NCBI GenBank assembly: GCA_051313645.2
Contig: JBNRSN020000005.1
Coordinates: 264,988,001 to 265,052,000, forward strand
DNA length: 64,000 bases
Direction of reading: 5' to 3'
DNA from: Centroscyllium fabricii
Lineage: Eukaryota
The notes beneath the pieces were generated by a model. That model made no database searches and had not been told where the DNA came from. It saw only the letters and a list, made by a program, of their open reading frames with translations. Shown in pieces: positions 1-13,316 of the stretch; positions within the stretch are counted from its first letter, which is position 1; each line of letters begins with the position of its first letter. The position numbers and the translations under genes were made by a program.

Positions 1-1513
1 AGCGTGGCGTACGTGTCGGAGTTCCGGGCTCGGCAGTGGGACGCTGCGTGGGTCTGGTGTGCCGGCCCTGTGGAGCATAGGATGGTCGACATGTTGTGGA
101 TGTCGACCAGGCGGCGTCGGGTAACGTCGACCAGGAGGCCGTGGGCGCACAAAGTCGGCCCCGAGTAGGGGTATTTTGACTTGGGCTGTGATGAAGTCCC
201 ACTTGTACGTGTGGCCTGCTAGCTTGATGGTAAGCTGGCGGGTGCCGAACGTAACTATCTCGGAGCCGTTTGCTGCTTCGAGTGGTGGGCCTTGGGTGCC
301 TTGCTTGGTTTCTGCGGGGGAGGCTGGCACGATGCTGTGCTGCGCGCCTGTGTCGCAGAGGAAGCGGAGGCCTGAGCCACTGTCCGTGACGAAGAGCAGT
401 GCTCCGGAGCGGCCTACGGACATGGTGGGGCTTGGGCTGGTTTGGGGTTTGAAGGTGCAGGGCTGGACGCAGCGCTGCGCTTTTGCTTCAAACCTGGTGT
501 GGTAGTAGCACCAGCCTGTGGTGCGTGGCTTTTTGTGGGTCCGCACCGGTCTGGGTTGGGACCTGGGGCCGGGCCTTGGGTGCGCGTAGTACTGCTCCGG
601 TGGAGCGGCGGTGGGTTGGCACGTGGCGGCTCGGGTGCGCTCGGCCCTCATCAGCTTGTCGGCCTCCTGAGCCAGTTGCTCCTTGGTATAGTGCTCAAGG
701 ACCGTCAGAGCCGGTCTGACGGAGGGGGGCAGTTTGAGGAGGAACAAGGTGTGCTTAATGGTGGCCGGGTCGCAATTGAGCGCTTCCATTTGGGCCCAGA
801 GGTCCGATGGGTCTGCGTCTCCGAGTTCGGGGAGGTTAATGAGCTGGCAGTCGCGCTCAAATTGGGTGGGGGTGAATTTTTGTAGCAGCGCGGCCTTAAG
901 CGTTTCATACCTGCCAGCAGTTGGCTCGTGCTGTATGGATGACCACATTCGGTCGATCGTGGGCTGTGAAAGGGCCGCGAAGAGCAGGCTGTATCGATCG
1001 TCCCCCTGCACGCCATGGATGCGGTAGGTGTTCTCTGTGTTGAGGAACCAGGCCGCTGGACGGAGTTCCCAGAACTCTGGTAAGTTTGGGATTTGTCCCC
1101 GTCTGTGGAGTCGTGCTGTTTGGCTCCCTGCTGGCATGGTGGTTGTGATTCAACTGAGGCAGCTTGGCCCTCAGTCCTGCAGCGACTGCTTCATTGTTCC
1201 CTTGGAATTCGTTCCAACTATCGAGGTCACCACTGTAGAGGCATGCAGGCCTGAAGAACCACGCTGGACACAGAAGATTCGGAAAACAATCGTTTAATAT
1301 TAACTCAGCTATGGCCAGGTAGCGAAAGAGACTGAGCCACCTGGAACCAAGGTGTTTAAAGGACCCGCGGTTGGTGACGTCACTGCCGGGTGTCCACCTG
1401 GCGACGTCATCATGCCGGAAGTCGCGGTGACGTCATCACGCCGCCCGGCGGGCGGGGCCGTCTCGCAGTACTCCCGAGGCGGATTCGATGGTCCTGGTGG
1501 GCATGTCGCCACA
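1..1513 (-). mobile_element. 5' part of a CsRn1-clade-like Ty3/gypsy LTR retrotransposon (LTR 1234-1513, gag-protease running off the window)
   Basis: TG...CA LTR followed by ATAT; minus-strand PBS TGGTGACCTCGA; gag motif [19 protein letters not shown] and protease LCDTGAQHS; homologous to 35494-37221; apparent frameshift near 150. Confidence 0.9.
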
Positions 1514-2064
1514 ATATACAGCATTCACCTCCCACCCTGTTGTCTGAACTGCATATGTAACAATGATCTTGGAATTGTATGAACTTTAACATTTTGTATT
1601 AATGCAAAAATTACAAAAATAAAGCAATTTCCACTTCAGTGCCAAGCACTTGGTTTCATTTTTTGATTCTTCGATTCTATCAACAACTTGAATGTGATGT
1701 TGAGAGGTAATAGATATCGGCCACAGACTCCATTACAATTAACATGGCATGGAGGTATAAACTGCTTTATTTCTGTAATTTCTTCAGAACCCTTCTGATC
1801 ACTCAACTGATTGAAGTGGCAAGTAGCTGGGCCATACGCCAGGTTTGAAGTTCAATCACTTGTAGACTGCATTGCCTGATCTCAGCTGGTGCAGTAATTT
1901 GGGGTGGAAAATTGGGCAGAGTTTCTTTTCCTGTTGGCTATCCAGTGACCCACGTCCTGCTCGTGCAAGCATGAGAATGTTGGATGTGTACTGCTTTGGG
2001 CTATGCTCCATGGTGCTTCAATTCCTGCCAGTAATGTCAAAAAATGTGCCCCAATATCTTCCAG

Positions 2065-2147
2065 GGACCGGATGACCAGAAATGATGCTATTGGAACAGC
2101 ATATTTGTTCCTCTCCAAGATTGCTTCATCTGGAGGTGAAGTTGAAG
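2065..2147 (+). CDS. MYOF: Myoferlin-like ferlin exon (end of C2C): (W)DRMTRNDAIGTAYLFLSKIASSGGEVE
   Basis: ccag|...GAAG|gttagt; 83 nt, phase 2 to 1; resembles MYOF [27 protein letters not shown] (recalled). FER1L5 paralogue not excluded. Confidence 0.85.
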
Positions 2148-4615
2148 GTTAGTGCATTTTTTTTCTCAATATACTGGTATTCTAGATTATTTACAGCTGG
2201 AAACAGTGGGGGGGATTTTCATGTCCCCGTGAGGCGGGGTTTTCAGCGGGTCGGCCGGCAAAATAGCGCAACCAGTGGGTCGTGACCGCCGCCGGATCAC
2301 CGCCACTTTAACATTTTCTCCCGCCCTGATTCCCCACCCCGAAACCTTGTGGCCGGCGGGGATGGGCTGCCACCTCGTTAAGGGCCCTTAATTGGCATGT
2401 TTAATGCCATTTTTAGCTGTTTCCCACCCATTCTCTGTCACCTTCAACCCCGCTAGGTGAAACCCAGCGGGAGCACAGCGCTGGTCATTATTTTCTCCAA
2501 GGTGGGGAAGGGCATGCTGCAAAATGCTTGGCATGCCTCCAGCACCTTAGAGGAGTAAGTGACTCTGTGGTGGGTGCACCAGCTGTGGGCAAAAACTAAG
2601 AAATCTCAGCTTTGCACATTTCCTCACAGCCGGTGCGAGCTGTCAAGGATTTGGAGTCCGCCCGCCCACCTGTCGGTCACCAGCAGTTGACCTTTCCCAT
2701 TGGTTCCACTCGACTGTGATGTCACAGTGGAGTGTTTCCATGGGAACTGTCAACAACCAGTGCTGGGACTGTCAATCAAACTGCTTGAGCCCTGCTGCAG
2801 CCTGACTCGATTGAGTCAATTACCACCGGCTGCCACAGGCAGCGATTTAAGAACTCAATTAAATCAAAATTGTATGGGGTTCCCAGGTCTCTGGCCAGGC
2901 GGGACAGGAACCCGCCCCGACCAATCCCCACCAGGTTCCTGCACTTCCGGCAAAATCCCCATCAGTTATACAGCACAGAAAGAGGCCCTCCACTGTTAGT
3001 TCTGGATAGAAGATAGTGTGCTGTAATCTCTAATCCAAGTGTGTTTGGGGGGGGCCAAATGCAGTGGTGATGTTCCTGATGAATGATGACCACACTTGGA
3101 GTGACAGTAATATGTTAGAATTTATACAAACCGCCATTCGGCCTTGGTTGGATTTCTTGGGTGCTCAAGCGAGATGTGCCTGAAAATGCACGTGGTCGCT
3201 GTGTGCACCACTATTGAATGCTATATGCACGGTTTGGTTTATATTCCAATCTGCATTCTCCTACTGAAAATTATATAATGGCACAATAGGCCTTTTGTGG
3301 AGTAGGCAAAAATAATTTACTAAGTGACCGCTTGTGTGGCATGTAGTTCCTGACATGAAGCTGATTTATTTTTGTATATTCCAGGAATTCCAAATGTGTT
3401 TCAGATTGTGATTTTTGTGAAAGGACTGCACTTGTTAAGCATAGCCAGTTTTCTTAGGAAACCCGTTGGTGTATGAAGGTAGTGAAGAATGTGTACTGTA
3501 GCAGCAAAATGATTGTTTTAGCAACCTACAGCGATCATTTTGCTGCCTGTTCTCTGGTGTAGCACAAGTGAATTTTCAGTCAATGTCTTCCAATTGTTTT
3601 GCTACCTTTTTTCCAAAATCTGGACCCTGGTTTAAAAGTGCTGCAGCAGGTTATTAACGGGTCACCCTTCGCTGCACAGACACATGTACAGGACTCTTAA
3701 TACTGGGTAAAAAGAAGGGGAATAATACACTGGAGGAGTAACAGGTAGGCTGTGATGGTTTCAGTTCCTCCTTTTCTGGGGGGGTTTTCCAGCCCTCTTC
3801 CCCTTTCCCTGAAAAAGCCACTTCATTTATACAACTGTAGTATTGTCAACAGGAGATAATTCATAAATGCCTCGAGCAATTCATAAATGCCTCGCGCTGC
3901 ATTTGAAATATGTCTTGCAAAATAAATGAAGTGCAGGACTGTGGGCATTCCTTCAGGCCCAATGATCCACCATGTTTGCAAGAATTCTGTACTTCATCAC
4001 AGCTCTACGTTGGTTTCAGAAGAAAATGAAGAATGGAGCATTTCACATGCTGCTCTTTAAGACCATAAGTTGTCCAGACATTGTGATGCAGATTTATTTT
4101 TCCAAAGTACCTCCATGAAGCAACCTTTTCAAAACCTTTTTTTGTCTTTTTTAAAGAAATGTACCTGGTAGTCTTGTTACAACCTTGCCATCAAACACTA
4201 CAATGACTTGCTGATGGACTGGACAATGCTCCCATGATACAGGCTTTTGTTTATGGCCTGCTATTTAAATGGAAAGATTGGAAGATTTAGATTTAGCAAC
4301 AAATTGCAGAACACCTTGTTCAAGAAAAATTGTATCAACATTTTACATATTTTATGCTAGTGTCTATGGTTAAACTTGCATTTTGACCTTCCAACTGAGC
4401 GATTATCTTGTTAACTAATATTAAGCATTGTAAACATGTTGCATCTTTATTTTAGCCATTACAGCATCTTGAAGTTGAAAGGACATACTAATGAACCTTT
4501 ATTTAGCAGCATCCATTTTGAAGTATATGGAGTAACTGTTGCCAAAGGAATAGAATTTTTTGGCATTCAGGATATTTTTTACTCTAGCTAATCAAATTTG
4601 CGTCTCCACCCCCCC

Positions 4616-4867
4616 TGACGTATCGTCAATTATGATACAAAGACTAAAGTTACCTCAACTGAAGGCTTTTATTAACTATAGAATGGAGCGAGTCTCAGCT
4701 GAGCTCGGGTCTGTACTGACTGGGGGATGGTAGGCAATTACCTATATACCTGGACTCGGGGGAGGAGTCAGGTGGGTCAGCTGAGGCAGGCTCCTGTATA
4801 CAGATATCTACATATGTACAGTGGTGCATTATGGTACCATTACAGTGGTGAAATACAGGTTTGCAAC
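4616..4867 (-). mobile_element. Solo LTR related to the 20927-28191 gypsy LTR
   Basis: Starts TGACGTATCGTCAAT like that LTR, shares GGCTTTTATTA and GGGGAGGAGT; flanked by C-runs on both sides (possible CCCCC TSD); right end approximate. Confidence 0.7.
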
Positions 4868-4973
4868 CCCCCCCCCTGAAACCGAGCACCTTCTATGGTT
4901 TTTGTTAGCTGGTTACTGGAATAAATATCGGCAAGACTTGTAGTGTTTTCTAAACAACATCATCTCTTTCTAG

Positions 4974-5012
4974 ACTGCCTCAGAAGCTGCAGGCCTGTGG
5001 CACGTAGACCAG
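4974..5012 (+). CDS. MYOF: Candidate 39-nt symmetric cassette micro-exon (D)CLRSCRPVARRP(G)
   Basis: ctaaac branch-like site, catctctttctag| acceptor, CAG|gtaact donor; exactly 39 nt, phase 1-1, no stop; sits where MYOF/DYSF have a small alternative exon. Confidence 0.6.
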
Positions 5013-5464
5013 GTAACTTCCTTCCAGTCCAGCTGATGGTATGGAGGTGGGCAACAGCAGCCTGCAAATGACCATCACTTCCCCTCCCCCACTCCCCAAC
5101 CTCACAAGGTGCATGGTTTCACTTGATACATACCCACAGCACTGTGTGGAAGAGGAAGGAGAATCTGGCCTGGCAATTAATTACACAGTGGTGCTGCACA
5201 CTGGTGTTCCATGGTGATGTAGTATAAGTTAATTGTGTAGCTGGTTTTATGCAGTACCTACAACATTCAGTGACTGCTTGATGACCTTGAACTTTTTGTG
5301 ATGTTCTAACTTATTTTTGTTTCCCTACAATCCAGATGATGAGGGAATTGGGGCTTCTCCAGCAAATGAAGGTTTTATTTCTTGGTCTAATCTTTGAAGC
5401 TCCATTGCCAAAAGGGAGATTTAGATTGGGCTGGGGAAGGATAAAGCTGATGCACAAACATGTA

Positions 5465-5817
5465 CAGGTTGAGCACCGGTAATCCGGCACCCGATGGTCC
5501 GGCACCTTCAGTGGTCCGGCACGAATGGAAACCGGCGCTCTTCATTTTGCGGAGCAGCTGCTTGGTGGCGCCACTGTTTCCCGCGAAGGGTGGGCGAGCG
5601 GCAAAGGCGTTTGGGTTGCTGCTTTTTTTAGGTTCTCTAAGTCTTCTACCCGCGGGCCCCGGGGAGTGTTCTACCCGGGGAGTGTTCTACCCGCGGGCCC
5701 CGGGCCGTGTTCTACCCGCGGGCCCCGGGCCGTGTTCTACCCGCGCGCTCCCCCGAACATTCAGTGGTCCGGCACCGGCCTGGTCCCGAGGGTGCCGGAT
5801 TACCGGTGCTCAACCTG
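5465..5817. mobile_element. Tigger/pogo-like MITE
   Basis: Perfect 28-bp TIR CAGGTTGAGCACCGGTAATCCGGCACCC, TA on both sides; internal ~25-bp GC-rich tandem repeat. Confidence 0.9.
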
Positions 5818-7965
5818 TATTACTGACTGGGTGAATTTGACTTTAAAACTTATACAATAATGCAGAGACTTTTGGCAATGGATGTTTTCACGTGATGGCT
5901 ATTGAGCTTCTTAGCTAGCTTGGCAACCTTTCTGCTTCATTTTTATAGGCTCTGCAACCTGCAATACTAGGTATACAAGTTTTTCAATGTAGTCCCAACT
6001 GTGCATTAAATGGTAATATTTTAAACTCTGTTTATATATCCCACTTAAGTGCCAGATTGGGATGGAAAATGGCACTGCTAAAACAGCCTGGCACCATTTG
6101 GTTTTTACCTGCCTGCCCTCAAACTACTTTCCAGTTTCTCTCCTTTCCCTTCCATTCCTGAATGTAGTGGCTCATATCTAGGTTATGGCTATTTGTTGTT
6201 GGCTGCCCTCCAGTACCTTGGTGAGCCCGTACAGTGCCAACTGATCCTGTCCACAAACATGTGCTCCATGCAGGGGTTACTGGGTAGCAATCAGGAGTGG
6301 GATCCTTGGCCAAGTTGGTTTGTTTTTGCCCCCTCTTTGGACCCAAAGATACTGAAGTTAATTGTGATTCCTATCTGAGATTGGTTAATCTAGCGCAGGC
6401 CATGGATTGTACTTGAGACTTTCCTGGTTTGTACAGCTTGGTTTGATACCAAGGCGTATTTACTCGCTGACCAATTGAAGTCCATCACAGTAGTCCCAGT
6501 ACATAGTTGTTTCAAATAGATCTTTAGCTGCTTCCCAGTTATCTTCTGAAATTTTTATAGGACAGTGTTTTGTACAAGATGCAACCATATAGCATCCATT
6601 AAATTATTATTTTTAAAATTTGTATTGTATTATTTTCATTTTTCCTGCCCAATTATTTGAGCAAAACTAAATTATGAAAACCATTATTTGCCACTCGCTA
6701 TTATCCAGGGTGGAATTCCACTATGCTGTCGACATGCACATTGGTCCTACATGCTTTGGCTGAGAGCTACTTGAATTGCTTGCAAGCACCTTGTACACCA
6801 AATCGGCTTTTTGCATTGTTGTGCTAAGTCTTGTTCCACAGAAACAAACTGTTGAATCATGACTTGAAAATATACATTGGTGACTGCTTAAGATTAGACA
6901 CAATTACTGGTTGCTATTTGATCTTTTGTTGGGTGCAATTTCAAAGAATTATGATTGTCAATGTGCTGTTTCCTGGGCATGAATAAGAACATTGATTTCT
7001 TTCCTCATATTTCATTTTGTTTAGAATTTTTCATTTTCATCTGTCTTATCCTATCTCTGGGTCCATTACTCTAGTCCCACCTGTGTGCGTGTGCACTGTA
7101 CTGCATTTAGATGTGAGACTTGAGAATGGTGCATCAACTTCAATTCTCCCCATCATAAGTTAGGTAACTTTTCCCCAACTTTAGCACCTTTTTGGTGACC
7201 CTTTAGTGCCCTCAAAGGGAACAGTCATGAGGTGGTCTATGCCAACTACAACTCTGCTGCCCGCTGTTTGAGCAATTTGAAGGGAGTTTCGATAGTGTCT
7301 TATTGGTTTGATCTTAACCAACAGATGTGAGCTGTAAGTTGTCTTTTTATATTGGGGAAACCAAGGGCATGGGATTACAGCAGATGACTGATGCACTCGT
7401 TGTATTTTAGCACATGTGACAAATAAAATTTGAATTTAAGGAGCTAGCACTTACAGGCACACTTGGCCTCCTTGTACTGAAATTTCTACTGTGTATGTGT
7501 TTGCCCAAGCTATTTTTCTGTCATTGTGAATAACTCTTAGTACTATGGGTTCACTTGGACACCTTCCCGAAGTAACCATTAAATGATCATTTCCAGTGAT
7601 GTTTAGAAAATACTGAAAATCTGCCCATTCTTCAACCCCCCCCCCCCCCCCCAAAAGCTATAAGAACCATAACATTCCTCTGTCGGTCATCAAGTTCTGT
7701 GGGCTTCTTGTCCCTTGTGTATCTGATTGCATCATCTCTCCTATTTTGCCACATATTCTTGCTCTTCTCACCTTTCTTAGTTTTCACTGGCAGCAGATCC
7801 ATGCTGATTTGCCCCTCAATGACTTGCTCCTCTTCCCAGGTAGAATTCAGCACAATGCATAGCCAACAAGTGCTAATTATAGCAGTTCCATAGTCTTTCG
7901 CGTCCTTGAGTGAGGACAGCTACAATTTTATTGTGACTCGTGGTGGAGACTTTTTTTTCTTAATA

Positions 7966-8505
7966 CAGGTACGCAATCCTTTATCCGAAGACCTCGGGAC
8001 CGGGCGGTCTTCGGTTTTCGGATAATTCGGTTTTCGGGTTGGTGCCCAGTGCGCATTGCCGTGTTGAATTGTGCACTGAAACTAGCAACCGTCACTGGGC
8101 CAGCTCCAGCAGTGTCCGCTCCCCTAGCAACCATCACCGGGCCAGCTCCAGCAGCATCCGCTCCCCTAGCAACCATCACCGGGCCAGCTCCAGCAGTCAT
8201 CTTGGCAGCTAGGATGTCGGTGGTCAGCAGCATCGCCGTGAAAATGAACCTCGGCTCCTTGAGGAGGAGGAGGAGGAAACGGATGAAAACTTTCAGCGTT
8301 CGGATTCTAACCATCCTGGCTAGTAGGGACAGGTGACCATACCCAATTTCCAGCTACTTCAGATCCAGAAAACAGCACAATATCCCCAGCTGATAAAGAA
8401 AATGAAGTTATTTTGGCGCAAATGAGGTCATGTGACGCTCCGAAAAAACTTCGGTTTTTGGAGCTTTTCGGTTTTCGGAGTTGCGGATAAGGGATTGTGT
8501 ACCTG
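7966..8505. mobile_element. Tigger/pogo-like MITE, second family
   Basis: TA|CAGGTACGCAATCCTTTATCCG ... CGGATAAGGGATTGTGTACCTG|TA; internal 42-bp tandem repeat. Confidence 0.85.
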
Positions 8506-9594
8506 TACTCTGAAATGCAACTTGACCTAATGTCGAGTTTGGACAACGTGCAATTTCCTCTTAATTTTGGATTTTAAAACTTTATTAAAGGAATTTAAAA
8601 GAAATTGTGTCTAACTCTTGATGCTGGTTTGTAGTTTACTGAATTCTGTGGTTGCATTACAAGTCTCTTGATTTGAAAACTGTCCTTGTCCACTTCAGTA
8701 CTGCTACATGCTTTCCGTTAAACTTGGTTTATGCTGACTTGAAATGGGATGCTTGGGTTCTGGTTAGATGATTCCATGGCGGCATTTTTGGTTTTAAAGT
8801 TGATCAGTATTTTGCTTCAGAGTTTCCCCTTGGGGCCTCGGACCTTTATACATATCTGCTGAAAGGGAAAGAGCGAGCAATCGACTTTCCGTGACTCCAT
8901 GCTTTTCCAGTGGAAGTGACACTTGGACCATGGAGCAACAGCAATTATACAAAAGACTTATCACACGACAGCTTCTGGTTTTTATTTTCTCTTCTCCGCC
9001 TACTCGGTGGGGGCTGAAAAATATCATCTTGCCAAGTGCACTGATGGGAACTGATAAAATGCAATTAACTGCAAATGATGGATGCAATAAGCAGGCAAGA
9101 TTTGCTTGCACAATTGCATAACTGTGCAGGAAGTATAAATGGTTTGTTGCCTGATTCAGGAGATTATTTGCAGACTTTTTGGGGGGAATTATTATTTTTC
9201 TAGCCAGTACTAAATAAATCTGTACAATTATTCCTTTCCCCACCCTGTACCTGTCCCAACAATGGCATGCAACAATAGCCAACCTAAATCAGTGGGGCCT
9301 CCAAGTGAGTCTGGTAAATGAAAGCAACAGTTCCTGGCTAGAAAACATTCTGTTGAAAGAACTTTCACTTTACTGCCAAAGCAGGGAATTATTAATGCAT
9401 CACGATACTTGTTTCAAATGATAAACCGGAAAAACCTTTTTTTGGTCCTAGAGATAAACCAACCTTAATTGCAACGCATATTATGCATCCTGTGCGTATG
9501 CTTGCAAACTAGCTTACTAACCAATTATTAGAGAATGTGTTTTTAAAAATACCATTGATGTATATTTTGTTGATCACCTTCTGTATTTTGATAG

Positions 9595-9719
9595 GGGAAA
9601 CCGGAGATGAAGAAGTAGGATTTCTTCCAGCCTTTGGGCCTTGTTATGTAAACTTTTATGGGAGCCCCAGGGAATTCACAGGCTTTGCTGATCCTTATGA
9701 AGACTTGAACAAGGGGCAG
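9595..9719 (+). CDS. MYOF: Ferlin exon [42 protein letters not shown]
   Basis: atag|...CAG|gttagt; 125 nt, phase 1 to 0; ferlin motif FGPCYxNxYGSPRE. Confidence 0.92.
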
Positions 9720-11030
9720 GTTAGTTAGAAATACCATCTGTTTGGTGCTCACTATCTGAATTAGCCACAAAATGTAAATGTACCTCATCCCTTGTACGAA
9801 CAAAATCACTGCCATGTGTCTGAGTTCAATTGGTAGGTGGTTGACCATGAACGTGTATCGACATGCACCGTTGATAGTTGTCTTATTGCAAACGCTTTTG
9901 GAAAAGAATTGGCCATGTCTGATGTATTTTTGCAGCAAACCTTACTAATTGTCACATGCTGTTAATGTTATCCTGGTAGGCCTGGAGTTTTCTCCATACT
10001 TGGGGAGGGGCGGGGGGGGGAATTTTGACCAAAACAAAAAGTAGGTTTGGGGAGTGGAATTGTTAAAAATCGGATTCTCGACTATAACCTACCTCCAGCC
10101 CGTCCACTTCTGGTTTTAGCGGGGGCGGGCAACCAACCTGCTCCCAGGGAGCGGGATGTCAATTGAAATATTGCAATGAGGCAGGAAGCTGCTTTTTTTT
10201 TAAAAACCTATCTTATTTTTAACTGCATGTGGACGGGTTTTACACAATTTGTGAAACCCAGCAGTTATAGCAAGTGCCTTTCCACTTCCTGGATCCAGGG
10301 TCCTGAGCTAACCCACCCCCTGCAACCAGGAACCCCCACCCCAGCAATGATGCTGAGGCTGGCCACTATCTTCCCTCCCTCCCCCTCCTTTCCACCCCCC
10401 GCCCCTCCCAGCGATCTGCCGGTGCCTGATCTTTCTTTCACCCCTGATCCTCTGCCCAACGTACCCCCCTCTGACCCTTTTAATGGCCTGGCCCCCCATG
10501 CAAACCCTCCCACCCTCTCTGTGGCTGCAGGCCTACCCACCCACTGCCAGCTACTGTCTCAATGCCAATCAGGCCCTGCCGTTAAAGTCAGCAGGGCTTG
10601 CAGGAAACCCAGCTTCCTGACTGCCTCTGAGCCCCCAACCCACCTTCCTCCTTTAAATTCCAGCCTCATAATCTGCACCCAAACCAATTACGTATCTTAA
10701 ACGATCAGGAATTTTGAGCGCAAGTAAGCTATATGCATAACTACAATATACCAAAGTATCCTCTATCTTTTATGGCCCAGATTAATCTCTGCCCATAAAG
10801 CTGGCCGTGCGATCAGCTCTTGAATGCTCCTTGTATTCTCCAGTTGCACTTGCTTACAGTCTCCCAGGTTGCAACCAGAATTTCGCGCACAGCAGGAAAG
10901 GCTCATTCTTCTGGTGGTGCAAATTTCCTGCGTTTTTTAGAACTTTATCCCCACAGAGACATGCTCTGTGTTTTCTATTTCTTCTAATACATTTTAATGA
11001 CGCAAGCATAAGTCACATCTGAGGGATACT

Positions 11031-11580
11031 TTGGCCCTCCATTTACCACAGCCACTGATCTGCTCAACCATTCCACCTCCACCCTTTAATGCCCCTGTCC
11101 CCAACAAAACCTTTACCCTCTCCCATCCTTGGCACTTCATCCTGGTATGCATCCATCTTCAATCCCTCCAGTTTAAGGGCTGCAGACCTGAATATCTGAC
11201 AGATACAGCTAGTTTTGCCATCATTCACCAAATCTGGTTGGACCACAATGAGCAATATTATCTGCCAAAACTGCCCACTACAAGATCAGGCTGGAGAGCC
11301 AAGATAACCCTCTAACTCTCTTTTCCCCCCCCCCCCCCCCCCCCCACGACCAACCATCTCCTTAAACTCCCCTGCCCTCTCCTCACTCCCCTCCAAGTGC
11401 GAGGTAGTAGTGAGCTTCTTTGTCACTAAGATCAAAGCCACTCTGCTACTCCCTGCACTCTCTTACCCAGCCATGAACCTGTCTTTTTTTTTTGTTTGTT
11501 TTTCTCCTATCTCGCCCCTTTTTTTCTGAGCTCACCTTGTGCATGAGACCCACCTCCTGTTCCCTTGACCCCATCATGAG
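11031..11580 (+). mobile_element. Degenerate L2-like LINE relic
   Basis: Pyrimidine-rich decayed coding-like sequence with CCCACCTCCTGTTCCCTTGACCCC (PTSCSLDP-like); recognition only. Confidence 0.4.
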
Positions 11581-12704
11581 TATTTCTAGCCAATGCCACA
11601 AATGAAGCAGTGGCTAAGTGATGGTCAAACGTTACTGTTTTGCTGATTTAAAAATGCAAGAATAAGTACTAGTGTTAACCCAGCTGGTAAATGAAACTTG
11701 TAACTGAGTCAGAGGGTAGCAGGTGCTCGGTCTTTGACTTAGCTGGCGTCGGTCAGATCGCCGGATTTTCCTTCTCTACTCCCAGGGATGCTACAGTTGG
11801 CCTCTGGGACCCTGGACTTCGCAAGAGAAATCGGCCAGGGTTCCTGTACCTGATTGTTGTCCAGTGCACCATGCTGGGTGGGAAATGTGGCTGTATGTCT
11901 GAAGACCGACTGTGGCTTCACCACCTCTTACCCACACCCCACCCCCAGGCTCCACCAGCTTGCTAATGCTCCCCAGGCTGACGGCATGAAATGTCTGCTT
12001 CAATGGTGTTGTCTCGGAAGATGTTGTCTCAGAAGGTGACTATCCCCTGCAGAGCTGTACCACTGCAGAAATCCGCATCTTCAGGCCAGGAGCAATAAAA
12101 GTTTTTGAATCCTGAATGTAGCCTGTTACTTGTTTGATTTATGGCGGGGCGGCGAATTTGATTTGATCGCCAGGAACCACACTTGAGTCTTCTAGTGAAT
12201 TTCAAGCGCATTTTGCTAATTTTCCTGCATTCTGTTGAAGCTTTCTAACCAATCCAGACATATGTCAGGCACTTGTATTGAGTGAGTGAGGTTCCTGAGA
12301 GTTCTGATCTGCATCAGGAACAGAACTGGTTATAGATGAGATGCTGCAGATGTTTCTTTCAACAGTGTTGTATCCAGCTGCAAATTACTGAACAGTTTGA
12401 GCATCACTACTTGCAGCAACTAGATAATCGGGCTGCTCAGCCTGCAGCCTTGAAATGTGAATCAGTGCCTGCATTGCCTTGCAACAAGCAGGCAATCTTG
12501 ATGCACTCCAGGTGTCGGAGCAGAAACCACTGACAATTCCTCATCGTACTGACCAAGGCCAGGGAGCAAACTGCCCACCATCCTGTTGATCAGGAGATGG
12601 AGGAGAAATTAATACTAATCAACTCTTGTGAATTTCTAGATTGCTTAGAATTTGAAACTGAAAAGATTTTTTTAAACTGGTGCTAATATTTCTTTTGCTT
12701 TTAG

Positions 12705-12818
12705 GGTGAGGGAGTTGCATATCGTGGTAGACTACTGGTTGAACTGATCACCAAGCTTGATGCTAATCCAGAGAAGAAGTTGGAGGACATACCCAGTGAT
12801 GATGTTTTGGTGGTTCAG
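12705..12818 (+). CDS. MYOF: Ferlin exon [38 protein letters not shown]
   Basis: tttag|...CAG|gtcagt; 114 nt, phase 0-0; GEGVAYRGR motif. Confidence 0.92.
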
Positions 12819-13316
12819 GTCAGTTGTACAGCACACTTGTGTTCAGTTAACTGGTTATTCTCTGTAAACCTGTGACTTTTAAAGCAATCTAATGGCTGCA
12901 GTGATAAAGAATAAAGAACTGGGCGTTTGACGAAGACCCACGTCAACTTGCATTCCATACCTTGGTTCCACTCCATGGTCCGACATAAATCCACAAATGC
13001 AGATTTTCCAGCTTCAGGCAGTTACACTAACCACCTGCATGTGATGGAATCTAACCTTATTCTTGTACTCCTCCTTGTTCTGTGGTCTCTGCATGACCTT
13101 TTGTACATGAAGGCTTTTTTTGTCCTTGCTGTACTTGCCTTGCCGCCCACATTGTGTGTTTTTTCTCTACTGCTTTCCTAGTGGTAACTGGTTACTTGGT
13201 GTTCCTGAAAGTGATCCATTTATCTTCTGTTCTAGAAGTCTGTTCATCCCAGTCCCCTCATTCCCTCAAAATCCACTTTAGGAAAATTGATGGTTGATGT
13301 GAGACTCCTCTCTGTC

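Noticed and set aside
3858-3897. 20-bp tandem duplication AATTCATAAATGCCTCG
   Set aside because: Ordinary slippage duplication with no further structure.
5640-5750. Short GC-rich repeats resembling a CRISPR-like array
   Set aside because: No unique spacers; a minisatellite inside a MITE in a vertebrate intron.
7928-8336. ORFs with repeated AGAGPVMVARGAD / TGPAPAASAPLAT peptides
   Set aside because: Translation of the 42-bp tandem repeat inside a MITE.
8794-9282. 162-aa minus-strand ORF
   Set aside because: No recognisable domain or splice context; most likely chance.
10176-10700. 174-aa proline-rich ORF
   Set aside because: Arises from C-rich low-complexity repeat sequence; no domain.
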